A DNA stretch of 64,000 bases, taken from contig JAJZLH010000065.1 in assembly GCA_021803575.1 (NCBI GenBank), positions 2,571 through 66,570 of the forward strand. Reading direction: 5' to 3'. Source of the DNA: Bacillota bacterium (GTDB lineage: Bacteria; Bacillota; Sulfobacillia; JAJZYS01; JAJZLH01). Every line of letters starts with the position of its first letter. The first letter of the stretch is position 1. The translations under genes and the position numbers were made by a program. The notes beneath the pieces were generated by a model. The model saw only the letters and a program-made list of their open reading frames with translations. It had not been told where the DNA came from and ran no database searches. Positions 8,304 through 16,043 of this stretch are shown piece by piece.

Positions 8304-8496
8304 TCAGCCAGGCGGTGATGATGTCCCGGATGTGGGCGCCCACGGCGCTGAAGGCAAACAGAATGACCCCGGTCAGACTGACGGCAGCCAGGGCCATAAT
8401 GCCCTGTGCGATGTAGGTGGAGAGATCTCCGCGCTGGGAGCGGGCGAGGGTGGCGAGCGCCTGGCACCAGAGGCGGCCGTACGCAAACAGTGACAT
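8278..8496 (-). CDS. flp: Flp/Fap-type pilin candidate (73 aa), not present as a separate ORF in the track
   Basis: ATG at 8494-8496 overlaps the tadC stop (ATGA). Product MSLFAYGRLWCQALATLARSQRG|DLSTYIAQGIMALAAVSLTGVILFAF...: charged leader ending in G, then a ~25-aa hydrophobic helix with Tyr at +5 (class III signal-like). Confidence 0.5.
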   Translation of the reverse strand: MSLFAYGRLWCQALATLARSQRGDLSTYIAQGIMALAAVSLTGVILFAFSAVGAHIRDIITAWLNVPITTGQ

Positions 8497-9152
8497 CAGA
8501 GGATCCCCTTCCCGGGCAGAATGCCGAACTGGCGGATCAGAGCGACCAGGTGCGGGTAGCCGAACAAAATGGCGGCGTTGATCATGAACAGCCCGGCCAT
8601 CACGGTCAGGAGGTAGGGGACGAAGCCAGCCTGGCGGCGGATTCTGGAAAGGCGGGCCTGGCGCGAGATCGACTCCTGGGCTGCCATGGTCTGCCGGAGC
8701 GGGACGCCCAGCGTCTCTCCGGCACGTAGCGCCGAGATCAGGTTCTGGCCGGATGGGAAGGCGAGATCGCTGGACAGACGGGCCAGTGCGGCGGACAGAT
8801 CGGATGAGTGCAGCAGGTCGTCCCGGAACGACTTGAGCGGTGCAGCCAGGGGCCCCAGGGCGTCCGAGGGCAGGTGCAGCATGGTGGCCACGGCGCCCAG
8901 CCCGTTCTCCGCCGACATGCGCAGGAGCAGGAGGAGATCGGGGAACCAGGCCTCCATCCGCCCGAGCAGGCGCCGTCGGGCCAGGGCAGCGCTGAGCGGT
9001 GAGACACCGTAGGCAGCCAGAAGCGCCAGTGGTGTGAGGCTGGGGAAGAGCGGGGCAACCGCCATCAGGAGCCAGCCGCCCGGGTGGCGGGGCAGCCGCC
9101 TCCAGGCCAAGGCTGAGAGGGTCAGAGCGAGGGCGGCCAGATGACTCACCAT
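8496..9152 (-). CDS. tadC: TadC (type II secretion system F-domain platform protein)
   Basis: EAWFPDLLLLLRMSAENGLG...ISALRAGETLGVPLRQT...LLTVMAGLFMINAAILFGYP are T2SSF-domain signatures. Start placed at the ATG 9150-9152 with GGAG 7 nt upstream (overlaps the tadB stop); an alternative start is at 9227. Confidence 0.75.
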   Translation of the reverse strand: MVSHLAALALTLSALAWRRLPRHPGGWLLMAVAPLFPSLTPLALLAAYGVSPLSAALARRRLLGRMEAWFPDLLLLLRMSAENGLGAVATMLHLPSDALGPLAAPLKSFRDDLLHSSDLSAALARLSSDLAFPSGQNLISALRAGETLGVPLRQTMAAQESISRQARLSRIRRQAGFVPYLLTVMAGLFMINAAILFGYPHLVALIRQFGILPGKGIL

Positions 9153-9802
9153 AGGAGAGACTCCGGCTGGAAGTAGGGAGTACACAGCATGCTCGCCGTG
9201 GACAGAAGCACCCAACCGGAAAGCCACCGGCCGGCGCCTGACTGAAATAGGGAGCGTTCGGCCGGCGAGAGCAGGACGGCCGCCGCCAAGGCCAGCTCAA
9301 TCAGGAAGAAGAGGGCGGTGGCAGCTGTCAGTGCCGACTGCTCATTGCGCCACTGACCCGCCAGCTGGATGCGCTGCTCCACCTCCTGGAGGAGGATCAA
9401 TAGCGGGCGCTCCAGGCTGAGGCCGACCTGGACAGTGTCCTGGCCGAACAGTTGCCGGAGAGAGGTCTGGAGCCAGTGGGGCGCCCTGGGGTCGGACAGC
9501 AGAAACGAGGCCTCCGCGCCACCGGCGCCCAGCACCTCGTCGGGCTGGAGGGTGAGGGCGCTCATCTCGAACATCGCCTCCAGGCAGCGCTCGGTTGCAA
9601 CCAAGGTGCGACGGAGATCCCGGTTACGGCGCCAGCGGTCGAAGGCGGGCCAGGCGACGGCGCTCAGCGCCAGGGCCGGCACCAAGGTGACGGCGCCTCC
9701 CCACGTCCAGCCCAAGGCGGCGCCCAGCGGCAATAGAGCCAGCCGACGCTGGGTGATGGCCAGGGCGGAGGCGGAGAGAAGAGCGACCCACCAGATGGTC
9801 AC
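9146..9802 (-). CDS. tadB: TadB (T2SSF-domain platform protein)
   Basis: Three-TM T2SSF-like organisation (VTIWWVALLSASALA..., ...ALFFLIELALAAAVLL). GTG at 9800-9802 overlaps the cpaF stop (GTGA). The N-terminal 91 aa of the track ORF are an out-of-frame extension. Confidence 0.65.
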   Translation of the reverse strand: MTIWWVALLSASALAITQRRLALLPLGAALGWTWGGAVTLVPALALSAVAWPAFDRWRRNRDLRRTLVATERCLEAMFEMSALTLQPDEVLGAGGAEASFLLSDPRAPHWLQTSLRQLFGQDTVQVGLSLERPLLILLQEVEQRIQLAGQWRNEQSALTAATALFFLIELALAAAVLLSPAERSLFQSGAGRWLSGWVLLSTASMLCTPYFQPESLLW

Positions 9803-10806
9803 GGCCGGCCCTCCCCGGCCGCCCTCTGGCCATCGCTCCAGGCGAACTCGCCGCAGCGGTCCTCGATGGACAGGACCCGGACGCCCTCCTCGGTGCGGGA
9901 CATCAGTACCACCAGCCCGATCTCGGCGCGGAACGACTCCTCCAGGGCACTGGCGGAACTGGTGGGCAGTGCGGTCTGGGCCAGCCAGGCCAGGCGCTGG
10001 TGCACCCTGTCCGCACTGAGGGCGTGGATGGTGGCGAACGACCCGGCGTGTCCCGAGGAGAGGGCGAGCAACCACTCAAAGGCCTCCGCCCCGCGCAGCT
10101 CACCGATGCCCAGGCGATCGGGCCGCAGGTGCAGGGCGTGCCGAATGGCATCGCGGGCCGATACCGCGAAGCGGCCCTCGCGGTTGGCCGGTCTGGTCTC
10201 CAGTTCGATGACGTGCTGGTGGCATCCGACCAGGAACAGCTCGCGGACCTCTTCGACCACCACGATGCGATCGTCCGGAGGCATCTGGGACACCAGCCAG
10301 CGCAGGAGCGTCGTCTTACCGGACCCGGTCGGGCCGGCCACCAGGAATGAGCGGCGGCTATGGGCGATGGCACGCAGATGCCGCTCGGCCGTCGCATCGA
10401 ACATGCCGCGGCTGAGCAGGGCGTCCGTGGTCCACCGCTCGGGGCGGTGGATGCGGACCGAGATCGAGGGCTCCAGGGAATAGGGGGGAATGGTGAGGCC
10501 AATCCGGCAGTGGCCGAGCGTGATGGACTGGAAGGGCTGGGCCAGGGAGAGGTCGCGCCCTCCGGCTGTGGCCAGGTGAAGGGCCAGGTCGAGCGCAGCG
10601 ACCGGCGATGACAGCGTGCCAGCTGCCAGGAGGGCGTTGTCACGGCAAATCGTGATGGTGTTGCCACAGACGAAGACGTCGGAGACGGCGGGATCATCCA
10701 GAAACGGCCGCAGCGGGCCCCAGGGTGCGTCGTGCGGGCTCTCAGCGGAGGGGGCCGCCTCCCGGTTGAAGACGACTGAGCGGCTGGGGCTGCTGGCTGA
10801 TGCCAA
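9799..10806 (-). CDS. cpaF: CpaF/TadA pilus-assembly ATPase (VirB11/GspE superfamily), short form
   Basis: FLVAGPTGSGKTTLL Walker A; VVVEEVRE.. Walker B/Asp box; RPDRLGIGELRGAEAFEWL His box; 335 aa with no N-terminal accessory domain. Confidence 0.85.
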   Translation of the reverse strand: MASASSPSRSVVFNREAAPSAESPHDAPWGPLRPFLDDPAVSDVFVCGNTITICRDNALLAAGTLSSPVAALDLALHLATAGGRDLSLAQPFQSITLGHCRIGLTIPPYSLEPSISVRIHRPERWTTDALLSRGMFDATAERHLRAIAHSRRSFLVAGPTGSGKTTLLRWLVSQMPPDDRIVVVEEVRELFLVGCHQHVIELETRPANREGRFAVSARDAIRHALHLRPDRLGIGELRGAEAFEWLLALSSGHAGSFATIHALSADRVHQRLAWLAQTALPTSSASALEESFRAEIGLVVLMSRTEEGVRVLSIEDRCGEFAWSDGQRAAGEGRP

Positions 10807-11698
10807 TGGCGATCACCTCCTCGAGGCGCAGGTGGCGGAAGAGGTCACGGAACGGCGCCACGACCTGGGCCGGGAGGGGCCGGCCTGCAGCCAGGAGGTC
10901 GACTGGTGCCTGGCGCAGCCTGGGCAGGGCGAGTGCGGTTCCGGCCCCCAGCCGGCAACGACCCAGCACCTGGTTGAGGACGCACAGTCCCCCTGGGTCG
11001 GCGGGGGAGCGGGGCCGGCCGAGGGCCGGGGCGGAGAGGACGGTAACGGAGCGGCTTTGCGAAGGCTCCCACGGACCGTCGATCACACACACAGCCGGAT
11101 AGGGCGGCAGGGCCTCGCTGGAGCTGAGTAGCCTCGGCCCGCAGGCGGCTGACAGCTGGGGATGGTCGGTGAGGGACCGGGCGAGCAGGCCGTCGGCGGA
11201 CCGGTCCACCAGATAGGCCGCCATGCCCCGGGAGAGGCAGTAGAGAAACAGCCCCAGTGCCACCGTGCTCTGACCGATGCTGCCGGAGCGACGCTGGCAG
11301 GCGATCACGGTGACCGGCGGCAGGGCAGCGGCGATCAGCCGGAGCAGCGTCTCGCCGGTGAAGGCGCCGCTCAAGAGGTGCCTGACGCCAAGTTTGCGCA
11401 GGCCGATCACCGCCGCCGGGTCGCTGCGCGAGTCGGGCAGGATGTAGATGATCTGGCTGGGGGACATGTCGAGAGCCTGAACCAGTGCCAGGGGTCTCGC
11501 CGGCATGTCGGGCAGGGTGTGGCTGAGGATGAGCACATCCGGCCGGTGGGCGGCGACGGCATCAGCGACGAGGGCCGCAGACCGCACCTCGGCCACCACC
11601 TCCACCGCGCTCTGGGCATCGAGGAAGCGGCAGACGGCGTCCTGATCGAGGACACTGTGCGCCGCCACCAGCACTAAGGGACGCCCTACGAATGCCAC
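10742..11698 (-). CDS. cpaE: CpaE/TadZ-like (receiver-like N-domain plus ParA/MinD-like domain, atypical P-loop)
   Basis: N-terminal CheY-like fold (DAVAAHRPDVLILSHTLPDM) and C-terminal MinD-like region (VTVIACQRRSGSIGQSTVALGL) with a non-canonical Walker A; position between cpaB and cpaF. Confidence 0.55.
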   Translation of the reverse strand: MAFVGRPLVLVAAHSVLDQDAVCRFLDAQSAVEVVAEVRSAALVADAVAAHRPDVLILSHTLPDMPARPLALVQALDMSPSQIIYILPDSRSDPAAVIGLRKLGVRHLLSGAFTGETLLRLIAAALPPVTVIACQRRSGSIGQSTVALGLFLYCLSRGMAAYLVDRSADGLLARSLTDHPQLSAACGPRLLSSSEALPPYPAVCVIDGPWEPSQSRSVTVLSAPALGRPRSPADPGGLCVLNQVLGRCRLGAGTALALPRLRQAPVDLLAAGRPLPAQVVAPFRDLFRHLRLEEVIAIGISQQPQPLSRLQPGGGPLR

Positions 11699-12267
11699 GG
11701 CAGCACGACCACCTTTCCCCCCGCCAGGGCGTACTCCACCAATTCCGCCGCTCCCAGCGGCAGGCTGACTGAGACGAACGAGCCCTGGGCCGTGGTGAGA
11801 ACAGCAGCGACCGGTGCCCGTGCGACCAATACCTGGGGAGAGGGCGGGCCGGCCAAGAGCAGCATCACCGCCCCGTGTGCGCCGAGGCCGGGAGGGATGA
11901 TCGGCAGAGGGATCGTCACCAGCAGGGAGGACGGCGGCGGCTGGGGCTTCGGCATGTGCCTGGTCACGGCCCGGGGCGAGATCACCGTGCCCGGTGCAGC
12001 AGCTGCGATCAGGCGCCAGCCGACGGGCGGTGCGGGGAAGGTGCCGCCCGGCACGGCGGCCCCCGCCGCCAGCTCAAGCGGCAGGAGGTCCCGGGCTTCC
12101 AGGAGCGTCCCCGCCGGCAGCGGCCGGGCGGCCATCCAGACGGTGCGCCCGGACGGGGGGCCGGGCGGGAAGAGCGCCACCAGGAGAGCCGCCGCCGAGA
12201 GAATCACCGGCAGAAGGGACAAGGGCGGTCGCCAGGACCAGATCGAAGCCGGGCGAGCGGTGGTCAT
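11686..12267 (-). CDS. cpaB: CpaB/RcpC-like Flp-pilus assembly protein (TM plus SAF domain)
   Basis: ATG at 12265-12267 with GGGAGG 10 nt upstream. N-terminal TM LSLLPVILSAAALLVALF; SAF-like segment VWMAARPLPAGTLLEARDLLPLELAAGAAVPGG. Confidence 0.6.
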   Translation of the reverse strand: MTTARPASIWSWRPPLSLLPVILSAAALLVALFPPGPPSGRTVWMAARPLPAGTLLEARDLLPLELAAGAAVPGGTFPAPPVGWRLIAAAAPGTVISPRAVTRHMPKPQPPPSSLLVTIPLPIIPPGLGAHGAVMLLLAGPPSPQVLVARAPVAAVLTTAQGSFVSVSLPLGAAELVEYALAGGKVVVLPWHS

Positions 12268-12283
12268 TGGAGTGCGTACCTCC

Positions 12284-14161
12284 CTAACGCAGCGAGACAG
12301 GCGTGGTATTGGCGATCGATGACTCCAGGGCACTGAGGCTGATCGTGACCGGCCGCACGCCGCTGTCCACTAAGAGCGCCTCGCCCGGCTCGGCCAGGGA
12401 CAGCCACTGACTGGGGCGAGCCGACAGGCGGTAGCGCTGGCGGAGCATGCGGAGGTCATCAGGGCTCTGGCGGAACAGCACCAGCAGGCCGGCGTTGGCC
12501 AGCAGGAGGCCGCCGTCGTCGGAGAGCAGGAAGTCGCCGACGTTCTGGGTGACACCGGTGAAGCTGACGCCGACCTTTCTGGCCCGCTTCAACAGGGACA
12601 GGAGGCTGGATCGCACCTGGCCGTGGCGCAGGAAGAGATGCACCTCATCGAGCGTGACCGAGAGCGGATATCCCTGCTGGCGATGACTGCGCACCCAGTC
12701 TCCGACCAGTTCGATCAGGAGCGGAACGGCGGCCGAGACCGTTTCCGAGTCTGCCTGGCTCAGGTTGAAGGCGATCAGGCGGTGATCCGGAAAGCGGCGG
12801 AGGGGGGCCGAGAATCCCCTGAGCGGGCCATCCGCATAGGGCCACACCACCGGAAAGAGGGGATCGTCCGCGGGGATCCGCCCCAGCAGGTCGCGAAAGG
12901 TGGGTGCCGTGCTGTGCCGGTAGCACTCCGCCAGGAGGAGCCGGAGGCGGAGGACCTCGGCCGGGCCGAGGTTCCCTGCCAAAAGAGCCGGGATGCGCAA
13001 CAGCTTGCCCTCCACATCCCCTCGGCCGGGAGCGGCCAGGGGATTCAGCTGAGTGCCGCTGGCGCCGATCGGGATCGAGATTCCCTGCAGGTGGCGGACC
13101 AGCAGTTCGTACTCGCCTTCGGGATCAAAGACGATGGCTCTCGCATCGGACGCCTCGAGCCGTCGCAGGAGCTCGACCTTGCTAAACGTAGACTTGCCGC
13201 TTCCAGGAAGGCCCAGCACGAAGGCGGACGGATTGGTCTGCCAGCGCTGGTGCATGACCAGGCACTGGTGGTCCGAGTCAATGCCGAGGAATAGGTGTCG
13301 CTCCTGATCGGCCGCTGGGGCAGCCCACTCGTACAGGCCGAGGTGGGTGAGGGTCTGGGCGTCCAGCATGCGGAGCAGCGGCGGCTCAACCCCGAATCGC
13401 TCGCTGAACAGCCTGTGGACGCCGGCCTGCTGGAAGGGGATCGGTGCGAAGGCGAAGCCCAGGCTATGGGCAAGCTGACGAAACATGCGGAGCTCCCTAG
13501 ACGTGGGCAGACCTGGGAAAGCAGCCGCCACCGCCACCCGGAATAGACGATTGGTGCGCCCGACCAGCTGATCGAGCAGAGCCGCCGCGTCCTCAGCTGG
13601 GCGTTTATAGACGGGATCCCTGTGGACATGGGGGCCAAGCGCGCGCAGCCGGTGGCGGAGCAGCCGTGTGGCGTCGGTCACGGCCATGGGAGAGAAGTCG
13701 AACAGGAGGTCGAACCGGCCGGGGGCCGTGAACAGGGGGGCGAGCAGATCGATGGACAGTTGAGGTGGCCAGGAAGTGGCCACCAGGAAGGTGACATCAC
13801 CCTGGGAGCCGCTGATGTGGCGCAGGTGCTCTACAGCGACCGTTCCACCCGGCGCCCGAAGCAGTGGATCCGGCCGGCCAAACCGGAGGTGACGGGCCAA
13901 GGGAAGAGGCGTGAGGGCCCCCGGGGTGAGCAGGTGGAGGTCGGCGTGCCTGAGAGTGGCCGGCAGCTGGTGCCCCTCGTCGTAGAGATGGGCGAGGTGC
14001 GGCAGCTCGGATAGCTCTGTGTCACTGAGGGGCCGGGAGCGGAACCAGAACCTGAGATCGTGCGGGACGTGGAGGAGAAAGTTCAGGTCCTCTTCCTGGA
14101 AGGCAGACCGCTCATCGTCCCCAAGCCAGCGGAGGTGGACGGGGTGAACCAGCTGGCGCAT
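12284..14161 (-). CDS. VirB4/TrbE/CagE-family ATPase, short (625 aa)
   Basis: Walker A VLGLPGSGKSTF followed by AIVFDPEGEY; Walker B VTLDEVHLFL (DEAW-like); C-terminal KRARKVGVSFTGVTQN matches the VirB4 aRK..G....TQ motif; the N-terminal half resembles the VirB4 N-domain. Confidence 0.7.
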   Translation of the reverse strand: MRQLVHPVHLRWLGDDERSAFQEEDLNFLLHVPHDLRFWFRSRPLSDTELSELPHLAHLYDEGHQLPATLRHADLHLLTPGALTPLPLARHLRFGRPDPLLRAPGGTVAVEHLRHISGSQGDVTFLVATSWPPQLSIDLLAPLFTAPGRFDLLFDFSPMAVTDATRLLRHRLRALGPHVHRDPVYKRPAEDAAALLDQLVGRTNRLFRVAVAAAFPGLPTSRELRMFRQLAHSLGFAFAPIPFQQAGVHRLFSERFGVEPPLLRMLDAQTLTHLGLYEWAAPAADQERHLFLGIDSDHQCLVMHQRWQTNPSAFVLGLPGSGKSTFSKVELLRRLEASDARAIVFDPEGEYELLVRHLQGISIPIGASGTQLNPLAAPGRGDVEGKLLRIPALLAGNLGPAEVLRLRLLLAECYRHSTAPTFRDLLGRIPADDPLFPVVWPYADGPLRGFSAPLRRFPDHRLIAFNLSQADSETVSAAVPLLIELVGDWVRSHRQQGYPLSVTLDEVHLFLRHGQVRSSLLSLLKRARKVGVSFTGVTQNVGDFLLSDDGGLLLANAGLLVLFRQSPDDLRMLRQRYRLSARPSQWLSLAEPGEALLVDSGVRPVTISLSALESSIANTTPVSLR

Positions 14162-14165
14162 GCGC

Positions 14166-14480
14166 CTAGGTGCGTCGGACGAGGCGGGGTGCTACGGACC
14201 TGGCAGCCGGGCGGCGACGGAGCTGGCGGACGAGCCAGGGAGCGGCCCACATCAGCAGCGTGCGCAGGGCGAAGCCATCCACGGCGGCGAAACAGAGCAG
14301 TAGGAACGTCGCCCACAGAGCGGCGGCCAGTGCCATGGCAGCGGTGGAGCCAACGGTCAGTAGCTGGAAGGTGAGCATGGCCAGAGCAATGGCGCAGACG
14401 GCTGTCCATCCGTCCAGACCCCACAGCACAGGTTCACTCGACCGCAGCAGGTCCTGGGGGACCGGGTGGTGGGAGGGCAT
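14166..14480 (-). CDS. VirB3-like small two-TM membrane protein (104 aa)
   Basis: Directly upstream of, and 4 nt from, the VirB4-like gene, which is the canonical virB3-virB4 order. EPVLWGLDGWTAVCAIALAMLTF resembles the VirB3 P-x-x-x-G-L-T-R-P plus TM region; two hydrophobic helices. Confidence 0.4.
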   Translation of the reverse strand: MPSHHPVPQDLLRSSEPVLWGLDGWTAVCAIALAMLTFQLLTVGSTAAMALAAALWATFLLLCFAAVDGFALRTLLMWAAPWLVRQLRRRPAARSVAPRLVRRT

Positions 14481-14504
14481 AGGGGCGGCACCTCTGCTTT
14501 CGTC

Positions 14505-15257
14505 TCAAAAGTTCAGCCATTGAGCCGCCGCCGCCCACAGCGGATAGGATCGCCCGCTGCCGCTGATCAGGCGGCGGAAGAGGGCGGGAGCGCGAATCAT
14601 CAGGTAGAGGGCTGCCAGCCCGACCAGGGCGTTGGCAGGGCCTGGGCCTTCCAGTCCGGAGAGTCCCCTCGATAGCACCAGCACAAAGGCCTGCACCGTC
14701 TGAACCAATGTGACGACCACCAGTTCCTCGAAATAACGGGTGCCCACCCTGCGTGTCTCGGGCCAGGCGATCGCCATCATGCCCAGCGGCGAGATGGTGG
14801 CCAGAAACATGAGTTCGATGGCGCGGATCAGATAGACAACGGTGAGAGCGATGAGCAACAGCAGGTAGGGTAGCCACAGGACCAAGTCGGCCAGGATCTG
14901 TGTGGGCAGCGAAATGGGGCTCAGGTGGATGGCGACCCGGGCGGCGAGAGAGGCGATCAGGGCGTTGTTGAGATGAATCAGGAAGATGCAGATGCGCATG
15001 GAGAGAAGGGCCAGCACCGCCGTTAGAGCCAAAGACACCAGCAGCTTGAGCCAGTTGACGGGCGAACCGGTCATGGTGCGGGCCGCCGTGGCAAGGACCA
15101 GGATGACGGTGCACACCCCGACCAGCGACAGCGAGAAGTGCCATAGGGTGGACACGATCGGCAGCAGCCAGACGGCTGGGGTGATGGAGACCAGGGGAGC
15201 GAGGATGCCGAACACGCTCTGGAGAATGGGCTGGACCGCTGCTGCGATGAGGCTCAA
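14505..15257 (-). CDS. VirB6/TrbL-like polytopic membrane protein (250 aa, about 6 TM)
   Basis: Six predicted hydrophobic helices with no Asp/GGD prepilin-peptidase motifs; size and topology fit a VirB6/TrbL (or archaeal CedA-like) channel protein. Confidence 0.45.
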   Translation of the reverse strand: MSLIAAAVQPILQSVFGILAPLVSITPAVWLLPIVSTLWHFSLSLVGVCTVILVLATAARTMTGSPVNWLKLLVSLALTAVLALLSMRICIFLIHLNNALIASLAARVAIHLSPISLPTQILADLVLWLPYLLLLIALTVVYLIRAIELMFLATISPLGMMAIAWPETRRVGTRYFEELVVVTLVQTVQAFVLVLSRGLSGLEGPGPANALVGLAALYLMIRAPALFRRLISGSGRSYPLWAAAAQWLNF

Positions 15258-15493
15258 AAGGGTGCACCCTGTCCCGCCCAGGAGTAGACGAGGCGGACCA
15301 GGTCCTGGGCGAAGACCACCACCACCAGCCCGCCCACGACGGCCGCCAGATGGCGCCAGGCATGGCTGCGTTGAGCCGGGTTATCGCCGCTGGTCCACAG
15401 CAGGTAGCCTCCCCACAGCAAGAACAGCACGCTCGCTGTCCCCAGCCACGCCTGAACGGTGGAGATGACGTTGAGCAGGAAGTGCTGAACCAT
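15254..15493 (-). CDS. small two-helix membrane protein (79 aa), VirB2/TrbC-pilin-like candidate; first gene of the operon
   Basis: Two hydrophobic segments (TASVLFLLWGGYLLW and LAAVVGGLVVVVFA) separated by a polar loop; AAGGAG RBS 9 nt upstream; stop overlaps the next gene's start. Confidence 0.35.
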   Translation of the reverse strand: MVQHFLLNVISTVQAWLGTASVLFLLWGGYLLWTSGDNPAQRSHAWRHLAAVVGGLVVVVFAQDLVRLVYSWAGQGAPF

Positions 15494-15639
15494 GACGGTG
15501 GCTCCTTTGGCGGGTGCGGTGGACCGACGGCAGGGCCATCTGCAACATCCCTCGCCGCTGGTGCCAAGGGTGCAACGACAGGTGCCAACATCAAACCGCC
15601 CCTTCCCAGTGCTGTCTGTGCACGGGAAGGGTTCGCATG

Positions 15640-15720
15640 GGGCCAGGGCCTACCTCCCCATAAAAAAGTATAGTTTCCAGATACTGGTTATCCGTGGTGG
15701 GGGGACCGGAGTGGGCCGAT
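15640..15720 (-). promoter_or_regulatory. AT-rich patch upstream of the island operon (putative promoter region)
   Basis: ccccataaaaaagtatagtttccagatactggttatccg stands out in 70% GC DNA. On the minus strand it contains TATACT; no convincing -35 was found. Confidence 0.25.
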
Positions 15721-15728
15721 CCTCTCGC

Positions 15729-16043
15729 TCAGGCCAAAGCGGCGAGATGTGCCTCCAGCTCGGCCAGATCGAAGGCCTGCCCCGGGTTGGCCTGGGCCCG
15801 CAGGTAGCGGACCGCACCCGCCCGGTCGATCACAGCGGTGGCGCTCACCTGCAAGGTGCCGAGGAGCAGGCGGCGAAGTCCGAGGGCGTCGTAGATGTGC
15901 CTGCCCGGGTCCGCCAGGACGGGGAGCGTGAGAGCCAGCGCGACCTGAAGATGGCGGGCCGTCTTCTCGCCGGAGGGAACCACCACCACCAGCCCGACCT
16001 CTCTGTTTTGCCACCTCTCGCCATTGGCGGCCAACTGCCGCAC
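15729..16043 (-). CDS. thioredoxin-fold (AhpC/TSA/redoxin-like) C-terminal fragment, possible gene remnant
   Basis: REVGLVVVVPSGEKTARHLQ...LTLPVLADPGRHIYDALGL...TAVIDRAGAVRY matches the C-terminal two-thirds of redoxins. The N-terminal CxxC-bearing part is not in frame upstream. Confidence 0.35.
   Translation of the reverse strand: MRQLAANGERWQNREVGLVVVVPSGEKTARHLQVALALTLPVLADPGRHIYDALGLRRLLLGTLQVSATAVIDRAGAVRYLRAQANPGQAFDLAELEAHLAALA

Noticed and set aside
8278-9300. 340-aa minus-strand ORF spanning tadC in another frame
   Set aside because: Pro/Arg/Ser-rich low-complexity translation typical of an out-of-frame read of GC-rich coding DNA. Only its last 73 codons (8278-8496), downstream of the tadC stop, look real and are called as the flp-like pilin.
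14434-15594. 386-aa minus-strand ORF overlapping the VirB6-like and 79-aa genes
   Set aside because: Alternative-frame artefact (Pro/Gly/Arg-rich, no motifs). The in-frame genes at 14505-15257 and 15254-15493 have coherent membrane-protein sequence and RBSs.
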